Of a stretch of 64,000 nucleotides of DNA, positions 49,363-62,078 are shown piece by piece; positions within the stretch are counted from its first letter, which is position 1; each line of letters opens with the position of its first letter. The position numbers and the translations under genes were made by a program. This DNA is from an uncultured bacterium. Its GTDB lineage: Bacteria; Patescibacteriota; JABMPQ01; CAVVCK01. The stretch is from assembly GCA_963746775.1 (NCBI GenBank), contig CAVVCK010000001.1, positions 418,435 to 482,434 of the forward strand, in the 5' to 3' direction. The notes under the pieces are model-generated. The model saw only the letters and a program-made list of their open reading frames with translations. It was not told the DNA's origin and did no database searches.

Positions 49363-50256
49363 TTAACAACTAGGATTCCACCAAGATCCACCCCCAGCAT
49401 TAAATCCGGTTATATTAAGAATAGTATTAATAATTACCCAAGCAGCAAAAACAACTACAGTACCCAGTACTGCAGCTGTTATTATCTTCTTGGCGGCTGC
49501 TATCGTTTCTTCAGACCCTCCAGACCTGACATAAGTAAATCCACCCAGAGTTATCACTGCTACCGCTACAATGCCTACTATTTCAAAAGCAAATCTAAAA
49601 ACGTTACCAATAACTTTTAAAATATCACAGGTATTACATTTACCAAAAGCCATGCATTCAGTAGTAAGTCCTTCTGTAAAAATCCCTCGCTCAGCTGAAT
49701 TAGCCGCATCTATCTGTCTTTGCTCCCAAGCACTATAATCTATACCGCCGCCGCTTCTTCCTGTAGATGGCACGGTATCATCAGGTGTGATTGTAACATC
49801 ACTTGGTAAAACGCATCTTCCATTTTGACATAATTTTCCACTACCACACGAAGTATCACCAGAGCAAGGAATACAATGATGGCTAGCACATATTTCACCA
49901 TTACAATCTTCATTACTGCTACAATTGCTTGTATCTGGGGTTGGAGCTGTATGTTCTGGCTCACCAGCCAGGCAAGTTTTCCCAGATATCCCTGATCCAA
50001 TATCATGACATTGAAATCCAGAAGGACAATCTGCATCAGCATTACATAATGCTACACAAGTTCCTGCACCATTATCTCCCCCTGATGGAATACACCTTTC
50101 ATTACTACCACATGGAGTACTATCACTACATGCACTCCCAGGAGTTGCCTTTGTTATTTTAATATTATATACAAAAAATAATCCTAAAAAAATAATAATA
50201 AATATTAAAATGGGAAAAATGTATAATAAATATTTACTAATACGTTTTATAGTCAT
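49363..50256 (-). CDS. Pilin with Cys-rich repeat insert
   Basis: Cys-rich units, C...G.C..CD, GGFTYVRSGGSEETIAAAKK, C-terminal WWNPSC. Confidence 0.8.
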   Translation of the reverse strand: MTIKRISKYLLYIFPILIFIIIFLGLFFVYNIKITKATPGSACSDSTPCGSNERCIPSGGDNGAGTCVALCNADADCPSGFQCHDIGSGISGKTCLAGEPEHTAPTPDTSNCSSNEDCNGEICASHHCIPCSGDTSCGSGKLCQNGRCVLPSDVTITPDDTVPSTGRSGGGIDYSAWEQRQIDAANSAERGIFTEGLTTECMAFGKCNTCDILKVIGNVFRFAFEIVGIVAVAVITLGGFTYVRSGGSEETIAAAKKIITAAVLGTVVVFAAWVIINTILNITGFNAGGGSWWNPSC

Positions 50257-50295
50257 TATAATAATTACTTAGGTTTTATTTAAATAATCTCACTC

Positions 50296-51663
50296 TTATT
50301 TAACTTTCATTTGAGCTGTCACTTGATCTACAGCTTCATTCAAACCTTCTTCCGGATCTTTTTCCCCCAGAGCTACGGATTCTATTAAATTAGAAAATAT
50401 TTCCTCAATTGCGTCCGAATTCGCTTGATACCAGCTCGTAGCAGTAAGCGCTTGTTTAGAAAATATTTTTAATAAGGGGTCGTTTAATTGATTATTAACA
50501 ACATCCTTACGAGAAGCTGGTCGACCTGTCATTTCTGAATAATTTTGTATATTCTCTTGTTTAGCTAAATAATTTAAAAAATTCCAGGCTTCCCGTTGAT
50601 AAGGAGAAGTTCTAGAAACTACTTCTGCCCAGTAGTTAGCATAATTCACTTCTTTAGAACTTTCTTCTATTTGTGGCATAAAAGTAATACCATAATTTAA
50701 ATTAGGCGCTTTGGATTTAATAACCTCATCCTCATAAGAATAACTAAAGGCCATAGATGCCTTTTCTTCAATAAAGGCATCAATAGAATTATGTAGAGCA
50801 GGATTCCAAGTATAAACTGATTTCTTAGGATTGGCAAAATCAGTATAAAAAATTAAAGCATCAAGTCCTGGAGTATATACTTCCCCACCGGATGTTTTGG
50901 CTTTACTATTAAACATTGCTTTTTTATAACCTTCATCAGTCATTTGTGTCCCATTTTGTAACATTAATAGATATAAAATATCAACTGCCCGAGATACATT
51001 CTTAGAGGTACCCAGAGCTCCTCCAGCTATATCTATATTACCATAACTATCAACTTTATTTAATATCTTTACATCATCTACAAATTCCGTCCAATTAGCT
51101 GGCGGCGCAGTTATCCCGGCTGTATTAAAATAGTCTTTATTATAATATAGAGCTAGGGTATCTACACTGAAAGGTATGCCATAAATGTTTCCTTCTGTAT
51201 CCTGAAAATCACGCAAGGCAGTATCTACAAAAGTTTCTCCATAGACATCCGGTGCCATAATATCAGTTGGCATAGGAGCTAATTTGTCTTTGTGTTTTGG
51301 TAGCCAAGTATTATGTATAGACCAGATATCAGGTCCTTTTCCAGCTGCTAGAGCGCTTGTTATTTCATTTTCATATTCACCATAAGTCAATTTACGATAA
51401 TTTATTTTTATATTAGGGTAAGCTTTTTCATAGGCTTTAATTTCTTCTCTAAAAACATCCTGGCTATCCCAAAGTCGCCACCAATTAATTTCTATTTTTT
51501 CACTGGCAGAAGTTGTTCCACCCGAACCATCGCTAGTGCCGTTACTACCATTATCAGTAGTTTGCTTACAACCCAAACCTCCAAAAATCAAAGTTGTAAT
51601 CAATGAAAAAATTAGAAAAACACACTTTTTATTTCTAGATTTTACTTGAAATAAATTTTTCAT
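50296..51663 (-). CDS. Extracellular solute-binding lipoprotein (sugar ABC type)
   Basis: GLGC lipobox, GPDI, YGIPFSVDTLALYYNKD, AWNFL. Confidence 0.88.
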   Translation of the reverse strand: MKNLFQVKSRNKKCVFLIFSLITTLIFGGLGCKQTTDNGSNGTSDGSGGTTSASEKIEINWWRLWDSQDVFREEIKAYEKAYPNIKINYRKLTYGEYENEITSALAAGKGPDIWSIHNTWLPKHKDKLAPMPTDIMAPDVYGETFVDTALRDFQDTEGNIYGIPFSVDTLALYYNKDYFNTAGITAPPANWTEFVDDVKILNKVDSYGNIDIAGGALGTSKNVSRAVDILYLLMLQNGTQMTDEGYKKAMFNSKAKTSGGEVYTPGLDALIFYTDFANPKKSVYTWNPALHNSIDAFIEEKASMAFSYSYEDEVIKSKAPNLNYGITFMPQIEESSKEVNYANYWAEVVSRTSPYQREAWNFLNYLAKQENIQNYSEMTGRPASRKDVVNNQLNDPLLKIFSKQALTATSWYQANSDAIEEIFSNLIESVALGEKDPEEGLNEAVDQVTAQMKVK

Positions 51664-51680
51664 TTTATTTTTAATAAATT

Positions 51681-52553
51681 TTATTTTATTATTTCTTTTA
51701 AATATTTTTTTAAACCTGCATTTAACTCCTTATCTTTTAAAGCAAAATCAATATTTGCCTTTAAATATTCTAACTTATTGCCAGTATCATAATATTTAGA
51801 ATTTTTTATTTCACAGGCATAAACTGCTCTTTTTTTCATTAAAGCATTAATAGCATCAACTAGCCACAATTCATTGTCCTTGCCAATTTTAGTATTTTCC
51901 AAATAATCAAATATTTCTGGATTAAAAATATACGCTCCATGTACTGCTAAATTAGAAGGAGCTTTATTGGGATTTGGTTTTTCAATAATTTTTTTAATTT
52001 CATATACTCCCTTTTCTACTTCATTGTAATCAGCAATACCATATTTAGAAACTGCTGATTTATTAGGTATTCTAACACCAGAAATAACACAATCTTCATA
52101 TTTATCATAAACATCCATCATCTGTTTTAATCTAGGTGGTTTAGCATAAATAAATTCATCACCCCAAAGCACAGCAAAGGGCTCATTGCCAATAACAGAT
52201 TTAGCATTTAAAACAGGTGTTCCATTGCCATACGGGCCTTTTTGTCTTATATAAATAAAATTAGCCATACTAGCTACTTTTCTTATTTCTTCTAGCTGTT
52301 TAAATTTACCTGCTTCTTCTAGTCTTTTTTCCAATTCAAATGGATAATCAAAGTGATCCTCAATGCTTCGTTTATGCCAACCGGTAATAATAATTATATC
52401 TTCAATCCCTGACGCTACCGCTTCTTCAACAACATATTGAATTATCGGTTTATCAACTACTGGCAACATTTCTTTTGGTTGAGCTTTGGTAGCAGGCAGA
52501 AATCTTGTTCCCATGCCTGCTGCTGGTATTACAACTTTTTTAATCTTGGACAT
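51681..52553 (-). CDS. galU: UTP--glucose-1-phosphate uridylyltransferase
   Basis: PAAGMGTRFLPATKAQPKEMLP, EKP. Confidence 0.95.
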   Translation of the reverse strand: MSKIKKVVIPAAGMGTRFLPATKAQPKEMLPVVDKPIIQYVVEEAVASGIEDIIIITGWHKRSIEDHFDYPFELEKRLEEAGKFKQLEEIRKVASMANFIYIRQKGPYGNGTPVLNAKSVIGNEPFAVLWGDEFIYAKPPRLKQMMDVYDKYEDCVISGVRIPNKSAVSKYGIADYNEVEKGVYEIKKIIEKPNPNKAPSNLAVHGAYIFNPEIFDYLENTKIGKDNELWLVDAINALMKKRAVYACEIKNSKYYDTGNKLEYLKANIDFALKDKELNAGLKKYLKEIIK

Positions 52554-52610
52554 AATATAATAATAAATTAATTACATAATAACAAAAATAAATCTTTATT
52601 ACAATTTAAA

Positions 52611-53144
52611 TTACCTTAGATATAGAAAAATAGGAGTGCTTTTTCTGTCATTATTTTTTAAAACAATTTTTTTGTCTACTATCCAGTCTAGAAAAGAAAA
52701 TGCATACGATAATACTTTGGCTCCTTTTTTTAATTCTTTGGTTAATTTACTACTCAGTTTTTTATTAATTTCAGGCATTAAATAACAAAATACGATATCA
52801 GCTTTCGACAAATCGGCCTTAAAAAAATCTTTACAAAACACTTGGGCACTACTTTTATGAAAATAAATATTTAATTTAGCAATTAAAAAAGGTATTGGGG
52901 ATAATTCAAATCCGTAAGCTTTTACTCTATATTTTCTTTCAACCAAAACTAACAAATCACCTATTCCGCAACCTAAATCATATAATACATCATTTTCTTT
53001 AATACCAGCCACTTCTAATATTTTATTTTTAATCTTTTCGGGGCTTCTAATAAAAGGTACTCTGGTTATAAAAAAAGATAATATGGTCGATAAATATAGT
53101 AAAAGCAATATAAAGACAATAAACAAAAATAAATAATATACCAT
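52611..53144 (-). CDS. Membrane-anchored class I SAM methyltransferase
   Basis: N-terminal TM, VPF, YDLGCGIG, FCYL. Confidence 0.85.
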   Translation of the reverse strand: MVYYLFLFIVFILLLLYLSTILSFFITRVPFIRSPEKIKNKILEVAGIKENDVLYDLGCGIGDLLVLVERKYRVKAYGFELSPIPFLIAKLNIYFHKSSAQVFCKDFFKADLSKADIVFCYLMPEINKKLSSKLTKELKKGAKVLSYAFSFLDWIVDKKIVLKNNDRKSTPIFLYLR

Positions 53145-53239
53145 ATTTATCCAATATAATTATTCTAAAAATCTTTATAATATTATCACATAAAAACAAA
53201 AAAACCAACCCTCAGGCTGGCTTATTTTAAAGCTCATTA

Positions 53240-53356
53240 TGTTGGCGACGACCTACTTTCTCCTACCATAATAGTAGGGTAGCATCGGCGCTGGTAAGTT
53301 TTACTTCTGAGTTCGAGATGAGATCAGGTAGTTCCTTACCGCAAGAGCCACCAACA
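53240..53356 (-). rRNA. rrf: 5S rRNA
   Basis: Conserved CCTGATCTCATCTCGAACTCAGAAGT..AA and AAGTAGGTCGTCGCCA; flanking stem 53231-45/53351-65. Confidence 0.93.
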
Positions 53357-53406
53357 TAATGAGCTCTAATTATCTTTAACAATTATAAAACGCTAGCCAA
53401 TTAGTA

Positions 53407-53466
53407 CGTTGAAATGTTGAAAATGTTGGAATCAAAATGATTTCAACGGTTTCAACGATTACAACG
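53407..53466. repeat. Inverted ~9-mer repeat hairpin in the 23S-5S spacer
   Basis: CGTTGAAATGTTGAAAATGTTGGAATC / GATTTCAACGGTTTCAACGATTACAACG. Confidence 0.65.
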
Positions 53467-53477
53467 AATTTTAATAC

Positions 53478-56297
<2,820 letters not shown>

Positions 56298-56622
56298 TAT
56301 TAAGATAATTGACTAGCAATTTATAATTGCTATTACGATATTTAATTGTAAAAAGTGCTTATCTTTAAAAAATCTATCAAACAAATCTTTGTCCGCCAAA
56401 GGCTTTGGCGTGGATGAAAGGTACTAAAAAAACCGCCCATCAAGCGGCTCATTCTGGCTAGTCTATAAAAACATCCACTACTTGTGCCGCTTTTTAAACA
56501 ATTCTTTTAAGTTGTCTTTTTGGTTTAAAATCATATATTGTTGATCACTCTTACCATATTACTTTTATTAAAAATCTTGTCAAGGATTAAATCTAGATAA
56601 TAAGTGGATTAAATGTTTATAA

Positions 56623-57648
56623 CTATTTAATCTTATTTAGATACTTGCCCCACTCTTTTTTTTCCCTATTTTTCCAATATCCTTGGTGATAAACATAGCT
56701 AGCTATAAGAGGTAAGACAGTCGTTGCTTCCGCATAAACCATTTGCTCATAAGTTGTCTCCACTTTCCCCCAAGATGAGGCCTCTTTTAGGGTTGAACTA
56801 GAACAAGCTCCGTCTCTAACATCCGCTACCGTTATTTGTATGGCATATTTATGCATAGGCACTTCTTTTCCTAAAACTTCTGCACAAACAACAATATCTT
56901 GAGCAAAATTTTTAGGAGTTCCGCCGCCTATCATTAATAAACCTGATGTTTTAGCTTTCATTTTAATCTGAGTTAATTCCATAAAATCCTTTACAGAATC
57001 TATAGAAACATGGCTTTTTTTATTTTCCCATTGATGTAGAACCAAACCGAAACCAGCACTAGAATCAGAAAAAGCTGGGCAAAAAATTGGTACGTTATTT
57101 TCATAAGCAGCCTGTACTAAAGAATTTTTCTTTTTGGAATTCTTTTTTAAATATTTACCCATTTCCCAAATAAATTCTCGAGAGGAATAAGGTCTATGCT
57201 CTAGACCATCTGCAATTTTTTTTATTATTTCATCACAAACCTGCAATTCTTTCTCATCAATAAAAGTATCATAAATTCTATCCACATAAAGCTCCCTTAA
57301 CTTTGCATCATCTATAAATTGAGTTCCTTTGTAATGTTTAAACCCTAGGGCTTCGAAAAAATCCATATCAACAATAGAAGCGCCAGTGGCCACAATCACA
57401 TCTACCATTTTGTTTTTCACCATATCTACATAAAGTTGCATACAACCTCCGGCACTAGTACTACCTGCCAAGGTTAAAATTACTGTGCATTTTTTATCTT
57501 TAATCATTTTATTAAAAATATCAGCCGCATTAGCTGTATCACGACTGGTAAAAGACATGTCGCGCATAGCATTGATTATTTTAGTTGAATCAAATGATTT
57601 GATATCAATGTGTTTTATAGTTTTCTTTAATAAATCTTTTTTATTCAT
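56623..57648 (-). CDS. dhs: Deoxyhypusine synthase-like protein (homospermidine-synthesis type)
   Basis: PAFSDSSAG, GGGTPKNF, DGACSSSTLKEASSWGK with catalytic Lys; start moved to MNKKDLL. Confidence 0.88.
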   Translation of the reverse strand: MNKKDLLKKTIKHIDIKSFDSTKIINAMRDMSFTSRDTANAADIFNKMIKDKKCTVILTLAGSTSAGGCMQLYVDMVKNKMVDVIVATGASIVDMDFFEALGFKHYKGTQFIDDAKLRELYVDRIYDTFIDEKELQVCDEIIKKIADGLEHRPYSSREFIWEMGKYLKKNSKKKNSLVQAAYENNVPIFCPAFSDSSAGFGLVLHQWENKKSHVSIDSVKDFMELTQIKMKAKTSGLLMIGGGTPKNFAQDIVVCAEVLGKEVPMHKYAIQITVADVRDGACSSSTLKEASSWGKVETTYEQMVYAEATTVLPLIASYVYHQGYWKNREKKEWGKYLNKIK

Positions 57649-57679
57649 TTTATTAGCATTATTAGTATAAATTAGTATA

Positions 57680-58549
57680 TTAGCATCGGTTTTTCCCAAA
57701 TTTATAACTTAATATTTTATAAATAAGCTTTGAGGCTAGAAAATCTGGAGCTTTATTATTTTTATTTGGACAAAGTTCAACAACATCAAATCCAACTAGT
57801 TCTTTTTTTTCTACAACCTTTTTTAATAAATCTAAAATTTCATACCAATATAGCCCCCCTGGCTCAGGTGTGCCAGTTGAAGGCATAATTGAGGGATCAA
57901 AAACATCAAGATCGAGGGTTAAATATACTCTTGAAGATAGGCTATCAATTACTTTATTTATCCAGTTTTTATCATTTTTAATTTGTTCGGCAAAAAATAT
58001 TGTTTTTTTGTTTATAGATTTTTTCTCGGCTATGTCTATGCTTCTTATACCCACTTGAACAACAGGACAACACTCTTTTGCTCTAGCCATTACACAAGCA
58101 TGATTATATTTTGAACCATCATAAGAATCTCTTAAATCAGAATGGGCATCGAGCTGCAAAATACATAGATCATTAAAATTTTTAGCATGAGCTTTAATCG
58201 ATCCAATGCTAATCGAATGCTCACCACCAATTAAAACTGTAAACTTGTCTTTTTTTATAAAATTATTTACTTTTTTTTCTACCGCCTTAACCATTTTCTC
58301 CGGAGAGGATTTTTCAGTTATAGGTCTGTCAGTATAAATCCCTTTTTTATAAACTTCGCTATCAGTCTCAATATCATAAAGCTCCATGTTAGCTGAGGCC
58401 TCTATGATAGCCAAAGGACCCTTATCTGCCCCCTTAATCCATGTACTTGTTTTATCATAAGGTACTGGAACTATAACTATTTTTGAATTTTTCTCACTGC
58501 TATATCTGGATGGAATATCTCCATAGTTTAACTTTTTCTTTCTAGTCAT
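57680..58549 (-). CDS. speB: Agmatinase
   Basis: GGEHS, DAHSD, DLDVFDP, TGTPEPGG. Confidence 0.93.
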   Translation of the reverse strand: MTRKKKLNYGDIPSRYSSEKNSKIVIVPVPYDKTSTWIKGADKGPLAIIEASANMELYDIETDSEVYKKGIYTDRPITEKSSPEKMVKAVEKKVNNFIKKDKFTVLIGGEHSISIGSIKAHAKNFNDLCILQLDAHSDLRDSYDGSKYNHACVMARAKECCPVVQVGIRSIDIAEKKSINKKTIFFAEQIKNDKNWINKVIDSLSSRVYLTLDLDVFDPSIMPSTGTPEPGGLYWYEILDLLKKVVEKKELVGFDVVELCPNKNNKAPDFLASKLIYKILSYKFGKNRC

Positions 58550-58550
58550 A

Positions 58551-59105
58551 TTATTTAAACTCCGGATAAATATAATTTATAAAACAAATAGCAACTAAAG
58601 CTGTGCCATATTTTTTTTTGGATACAAAACTCTCCAAAGTTATTTTTATATCCTGGAGAAAATATTTTTCTGAATAGCCATTAGTATAAAGTTCGTTTAA
58701 ACTTTGCTTAAGTTGATCTTCTGCTTCTCCCTTGGATAGCGAACCATTATATTCACAAACTAACCCGCCATACTTTTTATTATTTTTCTTACTATAAAGC
58801 CAACCGAAAATAATCCCAGCAGTACAAATTTCTCCTTTCTTTTTATTAGCTACAGCCATGATTGTTTCCATAACCGAACCATGAACAAATTCTCCAGGAA
58901 TGCTAACTTCTTTGGCTATCCCTGGCAGAATAGAAGAATAAGTAATTATATTGCACTGATGTATATTATCAGCATTTTTCAGAGCCAAATGATATGAACC
59001 AGCGTGAATGGTTATATCACTTTCACCCTTCCCTTTAGTTATAAAAAAATCTCTAGGTACTCTATTTCCATAAAGAACATTATTGCTTTGAGCTATATTG
59101 TTCAT
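58551..59105 (-). CDS. pdaD: Pyruvoyl-dependent arginine decarboxylase
   Basis: G.GES...SY..AL...NIITYSSILP with Ser-Ser self-cleavage site; operon with speB. Confidence 0.82.
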   Translation of the reverse strand: MNNIAQSNNVLYGNRVPRDFFITKGKGESDITIHAGSYHLALKNADNIHQCNIITYSSILPGIAKEVSIPGEFVHGSVMETIMAVANKKKGEICTAGIIFGWLYSKKNNKKYGGLVCEYNGSLSKGEAEDQLKQSLNELYTNGYSEKYFLQDIKITLESFVSKKKYGTALVAICFINYIYPEFK

Positions 59106-59127
59106 TTTATTTTAAGTAAAATAAAAA

Positions 59128-59154
59128 TCTATAATCTTTTTATTAGATTATAGA
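59128..59154 (-). terminator. AT-rich hairpin upstream of pdaD
   Basis: TCTATAATCT-N7-AGATTATAGA flanked by A/T tracts. Confidence 0.45.
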
Positions 59155-59394
59155 GTTTTTTTATTTCAAATTAAATAAATTTTATCCACTTTTTTTATTG
59201 CCATGCTAGAGATGGCTTTAGGTGATATTCTATAAAAATATTACCAGTAAATTTTGATTTAAAATTTTCTAAATTCACAGATAATAATTTCTTACTATTA
59301 CTTTTATCAATAATAATTTTTTTGTAAAGCTTATTATTCTTCGGCATGTTGATAACTTTTCTCCAAGAAATAATATTTGGATTTGCAATTACTA

Positions 59395-60078
59395 TCATAC
59401 GCTTCCTTTATTCTTCCACTTAGCAGCTATATACAAAAAAGGAGTATCACAAGCTGCTACAATCATCTTTATTATGAAAGTAGAAATAAATATTTGCCAA
59501 AAAATATTACTCTCAAAAACTCCCCAAAAAGCTATGCTAGAAAAAATTACACTATCAATTAACTGACTAGTCATAGTTGATAAATTATTCCTAATCCAGA
59601 TATTCCTAAAGCTGGGGAATTTTCGGCGCCAGAAATTATACGCCCAAATATCATGCATATTAGAAACTAAATAAGCAATAAGACTTGCAGCCGCAATCCT
59701 GGGCATTATAGAAAATATTGTTTCTAAGCTGCTTTGCGCAAAATCGCTCTCGTGAGGAATAAACCAAAGACAAATGGTCATTATAATTACAGTGGATATT
59801 AAACTGAAAAAACCTATCCAAACTCCTTTTTGTGCTTCTTCTTTATTATAATTCTCAGTTAATATATCCGTACAAAGAAACGACGTACCGTAAATTATAT
59901 TACCTAAAGTGGCTACCATGCCAAATAACTCTACTGTTTTTAGAACTTGAATATTAGCTAAAATAGCTGCTATCGCCATCCAGGAATAAAGACCGGCTTT
60001 ACCGAATAGGCGATAAGCAATTAAAATTAGCCCGAAATTTATAATTAACAATAAAATCCAGAGTAAAATGTTGGTCAT
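59395..60078 (-). CDS. yhhQ: Queuosine precursor transporter (VUT family)
   Basis: ANIQVLK, TDIL.E.Y, RIAAAS, RNNLST..SQLIDS, DTPF.Y. Confidence 0.9.
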   Translation of the reverse strand: MTNILLWILLLIINFGLILIAYRLFGKAGLYSWMAIAAILANIQVLKTVELFGMVATLGNIIYGTSFLCTDILTENYNKEEAQKGVWIGFFSLISTVIIMTICLWFIPHESDFAQSSLETIFSIMPRIAAASLIAYLVSNMHDIWAYNFWRRKFPSFRNIWIRNNLSTMTSQLIDSVIFSSIAFWGVFESNIFWQIFISTFIIKMIVAACDTPFLYIAAKWKNKGSV

Positions 60079-60085
60079 AAAAATA

Positions 60086-60715
60086 TTAAAATAAATTAGC
60101 TTTAATAATCAATCTCTTCCAACTCGTCCCCACCGGCCAGCAAGTAACTAAATTCAAAATTGATTTATCTTCTTCCTTAAATATTTCTTGATTTGCTTCT
60201 TTTAAACTCAAAACTTTATTTTCAAATATCGTATAATCATACCTTCTATTTTTAAAATAAACAAATATTTGATCTCCATTTTTTAGTTCAGATAAATTGG
60301 CAAAGATAGAATTATAATCCCCTTTTTCCCAAAAATAATTAGAACTGTGGCCGGATATTAAAATATTACCTGCTTCTCCTGGCATTGGAGTATTCGGATA
60401 ATGAGAAACACCTGACCGTAAATCTTCTTTTATATTTTCTTCTTTTTCAGAAAAAATAATTGGTGCCTTTATATTCAATTTTGGAATTATTAAAGTGTCT
60501 TCTATTTTAATTTCTGCTTGATTATTTTCTGCAATTAATTCTTTCTCAATTGATTCTATGCCTTTTTCTTTTGGTTTAGAAAATTTATATTTTGTAATTA
60601 ATGAAATGCTGGAATAATTAAATACCAAATACATTATGCAAAATATTATAATAAATAAGGCAATGAATTCAGAAATAATTTTTAATGTTTTTTTAAATTG
60701 CTGATTCATTGCCAT
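60086..60715 (-). CDS. Sortase-like protein
   Basis: N-terminal TM, IPKL, PGEAGN..ISGHS, LVTCWP...R. Confidence 0.88.
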   Translation of the reverse strand: MAMNQQFKKTLKIISEFIALFIIIFCIMYLVFNYSSISLITKYKFSKPKEKGIESIEKELIAENNQAEIKIEDTLIIPKLNIKAPIIFSEKEENIKEDLRSGVSHYPNTPMPGEAGNILISGHSSNYFWEKGDYNSIFANLSELKNGDQIFVYFKNRRYDYTIFENKVLSLKEANQEIFKEEDKSILNLVTCWPVGTSWKRLIIKANLF

Positions 60716-60717
60716 AT

Positions 60718-61347
60718 TTACATATATAAATTCCCCTTATTATTCCTGTCCCTCTGCCATTTGATGGGATTATTAATAATATACCTTCTGATATTATTTA
60801 AGGCAAATTCATTGCGAATAATATGGTCATAAAAACGCGGTTGCCATAATGGTATGCCCGGTGTATTTTGTAATTCATTTATCCTGCGCGCCGTAAATGT
60901 TTTAAATCCACGTATTATTTCGGACAATGAATAATATTTTGTATGTTGTTTATTGATTTGATTATGTTTGATGCGTTGATTGATATTCGTAGAGACAGGT
61001 TTGAAACCTATCTCTACGGGCGTACCATTCACGCCATACATATTATTAACATCATCACATTTTACACCCTTTATCCCATTATCAATAAATATCACCCCAT
61101 GAACATGATTGGGCATCACAATAAATTTATCCAAAACACAATTTGGATAATGATTGGGCAAATCAAACCAACATTTTTCAACAATTTGTGTTTGTTTTAT
61201 ATTGGATAATTTACCATTTATAATTTTACCAAAAAAATGTTGCTTATTTTTGGTGCAAATGGTAATAAAATACGCTCCGTCCGATGAATAATCATAATTG
61301 GGAAGACGCGTGGATTCTATTCGATATTTATTTTTAAATAAGGTCAT
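60718..61347 (-). mobile_element. REP-associated tyrosine transposase (RAYT, HUH/Y1)
   Basis: RLPNYDY...YFITICT, MPNHVHG, FK, WQPRFYDHIIR, YI.NNP. Confidence 0.9.
60988..61018. repeat. REP palindrome inside the RAYT coding sequence
   Basis: CGTAGAGACAGGTTTGAAACCTATCTCTACG, translated as VEIGFKPVST. Confidence 0.8.
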
Positions 61348-61395
61348 TATATATTTAAAGGCAGGTTTGACCCTGCCCCTCCTTCAAATTTTGTT

Positions 61396-61453
61396 GTACA
61401 GACAGGTTTTAAACCTGTCTTCTCGATTAGACAGGTTTTAAACCTGTCTGTAC
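61396..61453. repeat. Inverted REP doublet upstream of RAYT
   Basis: GTACAGACAGGTTTTAAACCTGTCT (61396-420) and AGACAGGTTTTAAACCTGTCTGTAC (61429-453). Confidence 0.85.
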
Positions 61454-61463
61454 TACCTAAAAA

Positions 61464-62078
61464 TTAATCATGATATCGCACCGTCATCGTATAAGCAAAA
61501 CCAGCCCGGTCATCTGCTCCATTACTGGCCTGCACCGCTAATAAATTTTCTCCTCCCTGCATAAAAGTGGCCAAACCAAAGGTATGGGGATTATCACCTG
61601 ATCCCGCCTCCGGCACTTCACCGAAATAATGGCCATTAACATAGCCAATAAATCCCCAGGCTTCATTATCGGCTGACATTCGAATGGCTGCATCTGTTAT
61701 AATCACCCCAGATGGTATAGAAAATCTTTTCCTAAATAATGTGGTCTCATTAGGATCAACATGGCTGTCGCCCCAGAGCCATTCACAATTAGAACAAGGT
61801 CTTGAAATCGAATCGGGTGGCAGATTAGCATTATAAACTGCTCCATTCCAGGTACTATCGTTAAAGCTAGGATCCCACCAATTAGGCATAGGAATCTGAC
61901 CTCTGGTATATGGCCAATCTGGCACAATTGAAGTTCTATAAGTAGAATCTATTTGACTATGGAAGAAACTCGCCAATTGAACACTTAGAGACCAATTTTG
62001 TGTAGCCACATTACCAGCCATATCATAAATCGTCAGTTGAATATTATAAGTATGATTATCGCCACCCGGCGCTATCAT
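61464..62078 (-). CDS. C-terminal part of the large surface protein (end of an Ig-like domain + carbohydrate-binding-like domain)
   Basis: YDMAGN Ig strand; FRKRF...SADN...YVNG...GEN.LAV beta-sandwich pattern. Confidence 0.65.
   Translation of the reverse strand: MIAPGGDNHTYNIQLTIYDMAGNVATQNWSLSVQLASFFHSQIDSTYRTSIVPDWPYTRGQIPMPNWWDPSFNDSTWNGAVYNANLPPDSISRPCSNCEWLWGDSHVDPNETTLFRKRFSIPSGVIITDAAIRMSADNEAWGFIGYVNGHYFGEVPEAGSGDNPHTFGLATFMQGGENLLAVQASNGADDRAGFAYTMTVRYHD

Noticed and set aside
59195-59398. 67-aa ORF overlapping the yhhQ stop; preQ1 riboswitch for yhhQ
   Set aside because: The ORF is low-complexity with no motif; yhhQ starts 7 nt after the sortase gene, leaving no room for a riboswitch
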